Virus record (IMG/VR): IMGVR_UViG_3300031354_000003
Coordinates: 1 to 50,106 of that record
Reading direction: 5' to 3' (one strand)
Source: a virus
Taxonomy: Duplodnaviria > Caudoviricetes
DNA length: 50,106 nt
Translations under genes and position numbers: made by a program
Notes under the pieces: model-generated
Database searches by the model: none
What the model was told of the DNA's origin: nothing
The model's input: the letters and a program-made list of their open reading frames with translations, nothing else
Shown here: positions 1 through 7,609 of the stretch, piece by piece
Layout of the letters: every line of letters starts with the position of its first letter
How positions within the stretch are numbered: position 1 is the first letter of the stretch

Positions 1-252
1 CCTGAGGTCGGCCCCCCTGAGATTGGCCCCCGTGAGATTGGCCCGCGTGAGGTCGGCCCCTGTGAGGTCGGCCCCCGTGAGGTCGGCCCCCGTGAGGTCG
101 GCCCCCGCTAGGATAGCCCCCGCTAGGATAGCCCACGTGAGGTCGGCCCCCGTGAGGTCGGCCCCTGTGAGATTGGCCCTTCGCAACGACTGGGCGCGTT
201 GGCAGTAGACCACGCGATCAGTAAACGGGTTGATCTTTACCGTTATATTCAT
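1..252 (-). CDS. Pentapeptide repeat protein, N-terminal part (continues across the window join into 50106..49906)
   Basis: ATG at 252 overlaps the stop of the upstream gene (ATGA). Reads [39 protein letters not shown]..., i.e. A(D/N)Lxx repeats. Not in the ORF track because it runs off the edge. Confidence 0.9.
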   Translation of the reverse strand, partial: MNITVKINPFTDRVVYCQRAQSLRRANLTGADLTGADLTWAILAGAILAGADLTGADLTGADLTGADLTRANLTGANLRGADLR

Positions 253-515
253 CGTCCGGCGTCCTGGTCGACGTAAAGCATGACGACGATCTCCCCGTTC
301 CTGTCCGCGGTGACATAGTAATCAAACGGCGGCTGGTCAGCTGTGTTCTGGGGTCCCCGGATGCCAAGGATGTCGCTGCACGTGCACCCGGCGACCCCGC
401 ACAATTCGTCCTGGACCCGGGCGATACGACGCTTCCCGAGGGCGTTAGGGCCGTTCGGGGCGACTGTGATTTGGCACTCGGTACCGTGGAAGTTGTTTGT
501 CAGTGTTAGTCTCAT
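249..515 (-). CDS. Hypothetical early protein (Cys-containing, LCGxxGCxC)
   Basis: ATG 515 follows RBS GAAAGGAAAAAGC, directly downstream of the promoter copy at 546-574. Confidence 0.7.
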   Translation of the reverse strand: MRLTLTNNFHGTECQITVAPNGPNALGKRRIARVQDELCGVAGCTCSDILGIRGPQNTADQPPFDYYVTADRNGEIVVMLYVDQDAGR

Positions 516-545
516 GCTTTTTCCTTTCGTCCAGCTTCTCCTAAT

Positions 546-574
546 AAGATAACACCTGTAGATGGTGGCGTCAA
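546..574 (-). promoter_or_regulatory. Repeated early promoter, copy 1 (TTGACG-17-TATCTT)
   Basis: Spacer CCACCATCTACAGGTGT is a variant of the shared palindrome. Confidence 0.75.
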
Positions 575-759
575 TCGTCAAGATTGAGTATCTTCTTGTT
601 TCCTTTGCCGTCGTCCATCAAGACGTGGTCTATCGGTGGCATCCCAAGGATAGCAGCGGCGGACTCATAGGCTCCGGCGGCTGTCAGCTTTTCGGCAACC
701 TGAATCCGGGTCTCGGGATTCAGATTTAGAACTTCGGCGAAAACTTTTTGAAAGTCCAT
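571..759 (-). CDS. Hypothetical protein
   Basis: 62 aa ORF with AGGAGAG RBS, in a tightly packed minus-strand run. Confidence 0.6.
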   Translation of the reverse strand: MDFQKVFAEVLNLNPETRIQVAEKLTAAGAYESAAAILGMPPIDHVLMDDGKGNKKILNLDD

Positions 760-769
760 CTATCTCTCC

Positions 770-1084
770 TTACACCGGCTCATTCCACACTCGGAGACCG
801 CCGGATGAGGTCCAGGACATGCTTTTGTGGCCGCAAGAACAGAGCACTTCTTTTATTTTTTCTTCCCGACTGATGTAGACGCCGTCGCACAAGTCTGAAG
901 CTGAGGCCCCGTACATGTGCCACAAAGGTCGGTCAGACGATACATCTTTAATGGTCCACACAAGAGACTCTTTGATGTGTGACCACGCGCCGTCTTTGCA
1001 AAGCAGCTCCCGGGATACCGTCAGCTTAACATTACCCCCAAGAAGCTCGATAAGTTCTCGCAGCATAACTGTTGTGATTTTCAT
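770..1084 (-). CDS. Hypothetical protein
   Basis: 104 aa, GGAGGTG RBS. Confidence 0.6.
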   Translation of the reverse strand: MKITTVMLRELIELLGGNVKLTVSRELLCKDGAWSHIKESLVWTIKDVSSDRPLWHMYGASASDLCDGVYISREEKIKEVLCSCGHKSMSWTSSGGLRVWNEPV

Positions 1085-1087
1085 GCT

Positions 1088-1303
1088 TCACCTCCTACTG
1101 ACTTTTAGTGTCTCGAGAGTGCCTAGGACCGTGGGTACCATAAGAGGACCACCGATCGGGCTCTCAAAATCATCTACCCACACCGCCTGTTGCACTGCCC
1201 ATTTTTCACACCGGGCGCAACGTACATACCACCCACTCTGCAGCGTCGGCCATCCATCCGGTTCGACGGCGAAATGCCACTCATGACTGCAGCCGAGGTT
1301 CAT
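1088..1303 (-). CDS. Hypothetical protein (CxHxW...CxxC)
   Basis: 71 aa, ATGA-coupled to the upstream gene. Confidence 0.55.
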   Translation of the reverse strand: MNLGCSHEWHFAVEPDGWPTLQSGWYVRCARCEKWAVQQAVWVDDFESPIGGPLMVPTVLGTLETLKVSRR

Positions 1304-1536
1304 GGCTTGCCCTTCTTAGTCTCGCACCCGAAAAACGTCTCCCGGCCGCCCTCGGACATGATCTCACCGGAGGTCTCATGGGCCAGTATTTCGGACGATA
1401 CCTCGTCTATGAGCGCCCTGGCGAGACCGTGGTGCCCTTTGTCCAACAAAACCTTGGCCATAGTCAGCCGGTATTGAAGAGACTTGCGGTTTATGACTGC
1501 AACCAACTCCTCGGCTTCTTTTCTCGAGCATCCCAT
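1300..1536 (-). CDS. Hypothetical protein
   Basis: 78 aa, AAGGAAG RBS. Confidence 0.55.
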   Translation of the reverse strand: MGCSRKEAEELVAVINRKSLQYRLTMAKVLLDKGHHGLARALIDEVSSEILAHETSGEIMSEGGRETFFGCETKKGKP

Positions 1537-1539
1537 GAT

Positions 1540-1845
1540 TTATTCTTCCTTGTAGTAACATCCGCCGCGCTCTTCCGCGACCTCCTTAGCCTCTTCCTCC
1601 GAAGCGTACCGTTCGCTCAACCTCGACAAGGTTATAATCTCTACCCGCCATGGGAGTGCAATCTTCCGCGCCCGTCTGACGGATCGCTGGGGGAGCTTGT
1701 GCCTGAAGGTATACTCGCCGGTCTCCGGGTCTTTAATCGCTACAAGGCCCGTCCCCTCGTGGTAACGCATTTCATACTCCCTCGGAATGGTCTGTCCCGG
1801 CAAAGTAAAAGCCGGCACCCGCATTTTTATGTCGATGTATCCCAT
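1540..1845 (-). CDS. Hypothetical protein, paralog of 5634..6003
   Basis: Shares DPETGxYTxxHxL...RRAxKxAxPWRV with the 5634..6003 gene; AGGAGG RBS. Confidence 0.7.
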   Translation of the reverse strand: MGYIDIKMRVPAFTLPGQTIPREYEMRYHEGTGLVAIKDPETGEYTFRHKLPQRSVRRARKIALPWRVEIITLSRLSERYASEEEAKEVAEERGGCYYKEE

Positions 1846-1856
1846 CCCCAGGCCTC

Positions 1857-2132
1857 CTACTTAAATGCCAGAAACAGTTCATCGGATTCCGAGATACGTT
1901 CCACATAAAGGCTCCCGTACCCCGGCGGATAACCCCGCATGTCCTCCTCAAGCACCCTGGCGGCTTCCTCGTATTTCAGCATCAGCGCAAATACTCGGTG
2001 AGGGTCCTCGGAGTACGATTTCTCGAAGACCACGCAAGCGTACTGCCTGAGCAAAGCCGCCCGGGCGACGTTTGTGATGAATGGATTCAGAATTCGGTCT
2101 CGAAGCTCCTCTGTTCGTGACATGGTTACCAC
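1857..2132 (-). CDS. Hypothetical protein
   Basis: 91 aa, packed in the operon. Confidence 0.55.
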   Translation of the reverse strand: MVTMSRTEELRDRILNPFITNVARAALLRQYACVVFEKSYSEDPHRVFALMLKYEEAARVLEEDMRGYPPGYGSLYVERISESDELFLAFK

Positions 2133-2392
2133 CTCGAATTCTGGAAGTAAGAGAATTCCCCGCGTTCGAAGGCCTCGATGGTCCGGAGCCGCAGGATTTC
2201 CACAGACATCTTAAGCGATGTCCGCTCAGCATCGGATAGCATCTGCAAACTGTCTACGGCCGCCTGTTTCCGGTTGCATTCGAGCTGGGCCATCTCTTGC
2301 TCGGCCTCGAGCTTCTGGGTGCCGGTCATCAAGTGGGTGTCGTTAAGGGCCCTGTGAAGCGCGCCGCCGTGTTTTGGTTTGAATGTCGTCAT
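2126..2392 (-). CDS. Hypothetical early protein
   Basis: First gene after promoter copy 2; leader GGAGCTGACGAAAGGGAAACACAATG. Confidence 0.65.
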   Translation of the reverse strand: MTTFKPKHGGALHRALNDTHLMTGTQKLEAEQEMAQLECNRKQAAVDSLQMLSDAERTSLKMSVEILRLRTIEAFERGEFSYFQNSRW

Positions 2393-2422
2393 TGTGTTTC
2401 CCTTTCGTCAGCTCCTAATACT

Positions 2423-2451
2423 AAGTTAACACCTGCGGGTGTTGGGGTCAA
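2423..2451 (-). promoter_or_regulatory. Repeated early promoter, copy 2 (TTGACC-17-TAACTT)
   Basis: Spacer contains ACACCCGCAGGTGT; followed by the shared leader. Confidence 0.75.
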
Positions 2452-2495
2452 GGGCGCCGGGTGCTTTTTACGTAAATAATCCAAGCACCCGGTTC

Positions 2496-2867
2496 TCAAA
2501 AGATGTGCCCGAGTAGGACTTGTTTTCGCTCTTCTTCGGTCAGCTTGGCGCGGATGCCACATTGCAGGCCGCCTACCCACGAGCAGTAGTCCGAAGTCCA
2601 TCTCCAAATCTTGTATCCTCGTCGCCGCATGCGTTTCCACTGCCGGGCTCCGGAGGCCTTGGGGTTGTAGTTCTCGTGGATGTAGTCTGCCACTTTATAC
2701 AGCGTGTCGAGCATGGCCTGCCTGTCGGCTTTGTTTGACCCGTCAATGATGAAGTAGATGCACCCCTGAGCCCCGGTTACGCGCACACGGCCGGCCGCCA
2801 GGGATTTCGCGTAGTTCGTGACATCGGTTATCGCTTCCAGAGTGTTGCTATCAATTTGGTTTGTCAT
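2496..2867 (-). CDS. Hypothetical early protein
   Basis: 123 aa; leader GGAGCTGACGAAAGGGAAATCCAATG. Confidence 0.65.
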   Translation of the reverse strand: MTNQIDSNTLEAITDVTNYAKSLAAGRVRVTGAQGCIYFIIDGSNKADRQAMLDTLYKVADYIHENYNPKASGARQWKRMRRRGYKIWRWTSDYCSWVGGLQCGIRAKLTEEERKQVLLGHIF

Positions 2868-2897
2868 TGGATTTCCCTTTCGTCAGCTCCTGATAAT

Positions 2898-2926
2898 AAG
2901 ATAACACCTATAGGTGGTGCCTGCAA
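2898..2926 (-). promoter_or_regulatory. Repeated early promoter, copy 3 (TTGCAG-17-TATCTT)
   Basis: Spacer GCACCACCTATAGGTGT holds the perfect palindrome CACCTATAGGTG; extended -10 TG. Confidence 0.8.
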
Positions 2927-2952
2927 CCCTAAAATCACACTTCCATATTGCT

Positions 2953-3675
2953 TTAGACCAGATTTATACCACCGGAGTAACTCGACACGTCGGGCCACAC
3001 GAAGAGCCTTTCAACCCTTTCACGCCGTCTGTTCCTGTCGAGTATCGTCTCGTGAGTCACCTTCTTGACGCAAACAAAGTCATCCGGAGCCGTGTACTCG
3101 CTTACGAACAGCATGTGCCCATCCTTCACTCTGTCCCTACACCACGACCAAAATCTTTCGTGGTCAAAGCCACCTTTATATCCTGTTGTGCCGCGGTAAG
3201 GTGGGTCGCAATAGATCAGGCTGCCCGGTGGGATAGCCATGTCCAGATAGCTTCCGCGCGTGAATCTAACGCCTATCAACTTTTTGGCCTGCTTGACTAA
3301 AACCCTACTCCCACGAGCGGCGTAGTTATTCCCCGCACTGTTGGACGCGTAACCACCCCACCACTTTCCGCCAAAACTGCACAGGAACCCAACGAAGCCC
3401 ACGAGTTCATTGCTATAGTCTTCCTGGCTATTCTTCACGCGGTAGTACATATCCCGGCTCACCTCGGTCGGGGGAATCCAGCCTTCCTGTAACGCCTCGA
3501 GCATGGCAATCAAGTGCCGATGCACATCGTTCCCCACCCGGGGTCCATCTACTTTATCAATCATATTGGCCCCGCCTACAAAAGGTTCCACCCACCATTG
3601 ACCAAGCTTCCTGTGGCTGAGCATAGTTGGAAGTAGATGCTTTGCTATCTTGTTTTTGCTGCCGAGGTACTGCAT
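2953..3675 (-). CDS. DNA adenine methyltransferase (Dam/D12 class), orphan
   Basis: N-terminal YLGSK, motif I EPFVGGAN, GND, catalytic YCDPPY and VSEY. Start chosen at ATG 3675 after GGAG. Confidence 0.92.
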   Translation of the reverse strand: MQYLGSKNKIAKHLLPTMLSHRKLGQWWVEPFVGGANMIDKVDGPRVGNDVHRHLIAMLEALQEGWIPPTEVSRDMYYRVKNSQEDYSNELVGFVGFLCSFGGKWWGGYASNSAGNNYAARGSRVLVKQAKKLIGVRFTRGSYLDMAIPPGSLIYCDPPYRGTTGYKGGFDHERFWSWCRDRVKDGHMLFVSEYTAPDDFVCVKKVTHETILDRNRRRERVERLFVWPDVSSYSGGINLV

Positions 3676-3697
3676 TTCGTCGTCTCCTATCCCAAAT

Positions 3698-3726
3698 AAG
3701 ATAACACCTATAGGTGGTGCCTGCAA
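3698..3726 (-). promoter_or_regulatory. Repeated early promoter, copy 4 (TTGCAG-17-TATCTT)
   Basis: Core identical to copy 3. Confidence 0.8.
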
Positions 3727-3822
3727 CCCTAAAACCGCACTTACATGTTGCTTTTTCACCCAGTGCACTTGGGGGCCGGAATCCAGGTCGAAAAGTACAA
3801 AATTGTCGCAGCCGTAGCCCTT

Positions 3823-4127
3823 GGACCGACCCCGGACCGACCCCCGGACCGACCCCCCGTCGGTCAGAGATTTACTTGGGATTCCGGGTATTTATTCTGT
3901 ACTTATTTTAAGGGACCGACTAAAACCCTAAAAGTTTATTCCGGACCCCTATTACACAAATAGTGGAATTACTACAGTATTTATAGAACTAGCAAAAAAC
4001 AGTAAAAAATATCCAGTCCAACACGACTTTAGGTCGGTCCGTCGGTCCATATCGTGCAAGCTCCCGGAATCAAAGGCATCGTCATGACCGACCCCCCCTC
4101 GGGCTGGGGTCGGTCCATGGTCGGTCC
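3823..4127. repeat. Putative replication origin: symmetric GGACCGAC iteron array around an AT-rich core
   Basis: GGACCGAC at 3823, 3834, 3846, 3913; GTCGGTCC at 4033, 4041, 4109, 4120; AT-rich 3920-4020; non-coding. Confidence 0.65.
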
Positions 4128-4226
4128 AATCGGGCACCCGATACAAATGGCACAACGCCAGGCACAGAATGGCGCAACTTGTGCCTCCGAAAATCGCAAA
4201 AACGCGACTTATCGGGCGACGAAATA

Positions 4227-4259
4227 GTGACATTTTGTCAAAGTTTGACATTTTGTCAC
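4227..4259. repeat. Tandem palindromic site (TGACA-TTT-TGTCA x2)
   Basis: GTGACATTTTGTCAAAGTTTGACATTTTGTCAC in non-coding DNA. Confidence 0.5.
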
Positions 4260-4532
4260 ATATCGTGCTCCGACACATCTACGCAAAAAGGTAACGCCAC
4301 ACTTGAAAAATCCGGCCGCCTTGTAAAAGGCATATGTATGACGGTATTCCAGAAAAAATTACATCAGACTTTGATATATCTATATGTCCTGTTTTCGAGA
4401 CACTTTAGTAGAAGCTGCTGATTTTACTTAGGATTCTGGGGTATGAGGGGTGGGTTTTTGGGCCCTAAATTCGTAAACCTAGTTATTCATTTTTTTTTCC
4501 TTTCCATTTGGGTTTTGTTATCCTCTATTAAT

Positions 4533-4561
4533 ATGGTAACATTTATGGGTGGTGGCCGCAA
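4533..4561 (-). promoter_or_regulatory. Repeated promoter, copy 5 (TTGCGG-17-TACCAT), pointing at the putative origin
   Basis: Spacer CCACCACCCATAAATGT. The adjacent plus-strand CGGAAAACGACATC is shared with copies 6 and 7. Confidence 0.65.
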
Positions 4562-4574
4562 TCGGAAAACGACA

Positions 4575-4676
4575 TCAGCTTATATTTTTCTTGGCTCCGA
4601 GTTGAACGCTACCTTCCACGAGTTGGTCTTCGTAGTACATCGAGTACTGGGTCGGCGATTCTTTTGTCCCTGGCAT
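4575..4676 (-). CDS. Small hypothetical protein (33 aa, MPGTKESPTQ...)
   Basis: GAGGGGGACAAAATG RBS; below the ORF-track cutoff. Confidence 0.4.
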   Translation of the reverse strand: MPGTKESPTQYSMYYEDQLVEGSVQLGAKKNIS

Positions 4677-4696
4677 TTTGTCCCCCTCGGTTCCGG

Positions 4697-5152
4697 TTAC
4701 CGGATTGCGGTTACTTCAATCCAGTGGCGTTGTTTTTCTTGTTTCTTAATTTCCGCGAGCATCCGGTAGAATAAGTCAATATCCCTGATGACGTACACCG
4801 GGTCACGCTCGGGCCCGTCGCGCCAGTGCTTCCCGTCTTTACTAAGCCCGACGTCACGGTACCCAAGCAGTCCTGAGATGCCAGCGGATGACATCCGGTC
4901 AGCCCCATGCTCTGACACGAGTACGAGCCCTTTTTTATTCGTCCCGCCCCGGAGGGCCCATCGCACTACGATGAAGTCGGCATCCGGGTTTTCCGCGAGT
5001 ATCCTTCTGAAGTCGACATCCGGAAACCCGGACCTAAAATTGTACGCTTGTTCTATCACTTTGATTTCTCCTTGTTTTTTGACTGCCGGGTTACCGGATT
5101 CTGGCAAACGATGATGCACCCTCTTTTGGTCCCATTTACCAATCTCCACCAT
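4697..5152 (-). CDS. Hypothetical protein
   Basis: 151 aa, overlapping the operon neighbour. Confidence 0.55.
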   Translation of the reverse strand: MVEIGKWDQKRVHHRLPESGNPAVKKQGEIKVIEQAYNFRSGFPDVDFRRILAENPDADFIVVRWALRGGTNKKGLVLVSEHGADRMSSAGISGLLGYRDVGLSKDGKHWRDGPERDPVYVIRDIDLFYRMLAEIKKQEKQRHWIEVTAIR

Positions 5153-5381
5153 CGTTAGGAATATTTATAGTCAGCACATCATATTCAGGGTCTACACCCT
5201 CACCCCTGAACCCAGCGCCCATCGCTGCGTCTCCGTTTTCGTCTGTCTGCATTATGTGCAGATTTCCCCCCGCAGAGTACAGCCATAATGTTTCAGGCCA
5301 GTCCTCGGCCAATCTTTTGAGCCGTCTCACTGCGCTCGCTTCTTTTTTAGTTAGAGGCCATCGTACTTTTGATCCACTCAT
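5136..5381 (-). CDS. Hypothetical protein (C-terminal IPNDGGDW)
   Basis: 81 aa, ATGA-coupled; WLYSAGGNL...DGGDW is a pattern I recall from phage hypotheticals. Confidence 0.65.
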   Translation of the reverse strand: MSGSKVRWPLTKKEASAVRRLKRLAEDWPETLWLYSAGGNLHIMQTDENGDAAMGAGFRGEGVDPEYDVLTINIPNDGGDW

Positions 5382-5611
5382 TGCTTCACATCCTTTTCGG
5401 ATCTGAATTTAAGTAAAGCCCTATTACCGTTCTCGAGAAGACCTATGCAGATGGATATACCTCGCACCGTATCTTCGACGGTATGCTTTTCGATAATTTT
5501 TACGCCGTCAACAGTTTCGTTCTCTTCATCGTATTTTTTATACGTCGGTATTTTTACCTTGTCCGCTCCGAATATATTACCCCGAAAACGCTCACTAAGT
5601 TTTCCCATCAC
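5378..5611 (-). CDS. Hypothetical protein
   Basis: 77 aa, GGAGG RBS. Confidence 0.55.
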   Translation of the reverse strand: MMGKLSERFRGNIFGADKVKIPTYKKYDEENETVDGVKIIEKHTVEDTVRGISICIGLLENGNRALLKFRSEKDVKQ

Positions 5612-5633
5612 TTTACCTCCGTGAGTGTCTTTT

Positions 5634-6003
5634 TCACCGGTCTCCTCCTTCCTCGTACCAGCGTCCGGCGCTCCCGAACCCGGACGCGTAAGCTTGGGCG
5701 TCTCTTTCTGTAAAGAAGCGCTGTTTGATCACCCCTTCCGGCTCGATGCGGACGCGCCACGGCATCGCGAGCTTTACCGCTCGGCGGATGGCCGCCGGGC
5801 AGAGATCGTGGTCGTAGGTGTAGTTCCCGGTCTCCGGGTCCTGGACCCCGACAGTTACTTTCAGCATTTTTTTTCGTGCTTCTTTTCTGGCCGTCCCGGT
5901 CTGGGTTGTCGACAACGCTTTCTACCACGGACACCTCGTGCTTCCGGACCCCCTCGCCATCGAAGGCTTTTGCCCGGATTTCTACTATCGTGCACTTTGT
6001 CAT
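5634..6003 (-). pseudogene. Frameshifted paralog of 1540..1845 (A8 tract at 5867-5874)
   Basis: The N-terminal half (IVEIRAKAF) and C-terminal half (DPETGNYTYDHDL...PWRV) lie in different frames; A7 would fuse them into 122 aa. Confidence 0.65.
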
Positions 6004-6024
6004 TTTGGTTCCTTTTCTTTCCTT

Positions 6025-6219
6025 TTACGCCTCGACGATCTCATAATCGAGGCCTTCACGCAGCTGGTCGGCTATCTCGTCTATGGTTCGGCCGATTGCG
6101 ATCTCGTTTCCGCACGCGGCCACTGCCTGCGCCATTTGGATAACCGAATCCTCAACTGTAGAGGACTCAAAAGTGATCGGCATTCCAAGGTTGTCGTTGA
6201 TGTTTTTTATTTTTGCCAT
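6025..6219 (-). CDS. Hypothetical protein
   Basis: 64 aa, purine-rich RBS. Confidence 0.6.
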   Translation of the reverse strand: MAKIKNINDNLGMPITFESSTVEDSVIQMAQAVAACGNEIAIGRTIDEIADQLREGLDYEIVEA

Positions 6220-6242
6220 TTTGGTTTTCTTTCTTCCGGATT

Positions 6243-6515
6243 TCAGTCGATACCGTTAACGGCCCAGTCTTTGTTCTGCGCGACCCCAGCCATGAGCTGG
6301 TTGACTTCGTTACCGTCGAGTTGGGTTGCTCTGCTGACGTTCTCAAGCCACCAAGACGCGGGCGCGTTGTTGATCCGGTCTCTTGTCCCACGGACCAATT
6401 TCGAGGCCGGTGTGTCGAGGTTTTCGATGTCAGCGGTGAACAGGCCTTTCAGGATGCGGTTAAAAGCGGCCTTCTTCTCTTCTGCGATTTCGATTTGTTT
6501 CGGGGTGCCTTTCAT
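6243..6515 (-). CDS. Hypothetical early protein
   Basis: MKGTPKQIEIAE...ASWWLE; directly after promoter copy 6. Confidence 0.7.
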   Translation of the reverse strand: MKGTPKQIEIAEEKKAAFNRILKGLFTADIENLDTPASKLVRGTRDRINNAPASWWLENVSRATQLDGNEVNQLMAGVAQNKDWAVNGID

Positions 6516-6550
6516 TTTGTCTTCCTTTCTTTTTGTCAGCTCCTAATAAT

Positions 6551-6579
6551 AAGATAACACCTATAGGTGGTGCCTGCAA
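6551..6579 (-). promoter_or_regulatory. Repeated early promoter, copy 6 (TTGCAG-17-TATCTT)
   Basis: About 65 bp identical to copy 7. Confidence 0.8.
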
Positions 6580-6603
6580 CCGGAAAACGACATCGATTTG
6601 TTT

Positions 6604-6921
6604 TTATCGCGGTTCCATCGTTTCCGGGTCCGCATCTACTAACCCTGGGTCCCACCCCATGCTGAGGACGAGCATCCCGAGGTGCCTTTTATAGTCTTCA
6701 AGGTAACTTTTTTTAATCCTGCAGTACACATACCTGTAGTAGACTCGTACTGCTTTAACCCACGCGCTGTAGTCGCCGGCATCGTTTGCGTTGTAGGTGT
6801 CGCACAAGAGCTCAGCTTCTTTTTTTCTCCCGGAGCAATGCACTGAGCGTCCGTTGACAGTGTCGCAGACCTGCCATGGTCTCGAAGGGCTGCTGGATTT
6901 ATTCACCTCGTATCTTGCCAT
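6604..6921 (-). CDS. Hypothetical early protein
   Basis: 105 aa; leader GGAGCTGACGAAAGGAAGACAAAATG; flanked by promoter direct repeats. Confidence 0.7.
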   Translation of the reverse strand: MARYEVNKSSSPSRPWQVCDTVNGRSVHCSGRKKEAELLCDTYNANDAGDYSAWVKAVRVYYRYVYCRIKKSYLEDYKRHLGMLVLSMGWDPGLVDADPETMEPR

Positions 6922-6951
6922 TTTGTCTTCCTTTCGTCAGCTCCTAATAAT

Positions 6952-6980
6952 AAGATAACACCTATAGGTGGTGCCTGCAA
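6952..6980 (-). promoter_or_regulatory. Repeated early promoter, copy 7 (TTGCAG-17-TATCTT)
   Basis: Spacer palindrome CACCTATAGGTG. Confidence 0.8.
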
Positions 6981-7007
6981 CCGGAAAACGACATCGATTT
7001 GCTTTTA

Positions 7008-7036
7008 TTGACGTTTTTTCCGGGTGGGATTACATT
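7008..7036 (+). promoter_or_regulatory. Rightward promoter of the packaging operon (TTGACG-17-TACATT)
   Basis: Near-consensus sigma70 boxes, back to back with copy 7. Confidence 0.6.
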
Positions 7037-7042
7037 AATACT

Positions 7043-7609
7043 GTGGTAGACGTATCAAAACAGAAGAGTGACATACGGATTACCGGAGTCCGGTACGCTG
7101 CGGATGCTATACCGTCGCTAGCGCCCGGCATGAGTCAGTTTTTGCTGACATCCGGGAGTTTTTCGACGGTCGACTTGTTGGCCCACTTGCTGTCTTTGAC
7201 GGGTCCTGCCTATTTGGATTGTGCTTCTTGGTGCGGGTCTTACGGCACTATGCGTGCGGTTTACGAGTTTCTATCCGACGAGCGTCTGCTCGGATTCCGG
7301 ATGCTGATGGACGGAGGCTTTGAAAATGTCCGTAGTGGTTTTTGCGAGTGGGTTGCGAAAAACGTTGGGGATGTCATTGTTTTAGCGCCAAACCATGCAA
7401 AGTTTTGTGCTTTGTACAACAGGAGCTGGTCACTGGTAATCGAGACATCGGCTAACCTGACCAAGAGCCAGCGGTGCGAACAGTATCGTGTGACAGATGA
7501 CCCGGATTTTTGCTTCTGGTGTGTGCAGTACTTCGATAAGCTCTTTGAGCTCCGGGACAAGAAGGGCGGTATCCTGCGACGCGCAGACTTGGAGCCGTTC
7601 TATGGTTGA
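7043..7609 (+). CDS. Phospholipase D-superfamily (HxK) nuclease-like protein
   Basis: NHAKFCAL...IETSANLT...EQ is a single HxK...SxN motif; start uncertain (GTG 7043). Confidence 0.7.
   Translation: MVDVSKQKSDIRITGVRYAADAIPSLAPGMSQFLLTSGSFSTVDLLAHLLSLTGPAYLDCASWCGSYGTMRAVYEFLSDERLLGFRMLMDGGFENVRSGFCEWVAKNVGDVIVLAPNHAKFCALYNRSWSLVIETSANLTKSQRCEQYRVTDDPDFCFWCVQYFDKLFELRDKKGGILRRADLEPFYG

Noticed and set aside
23-208. Plus-strand ORF (SAPVR)n
   Set aside because: Shadow of the minus-strand pentapeptide gene, which has the canonical A(D/N)L repeat and a coupled start.
6927-6945. CUGACGA...GAAA in the leader as a hammerhead ribozyme core
   Set aside because: No stem II between the motifs and no flanking stems I/III visible.
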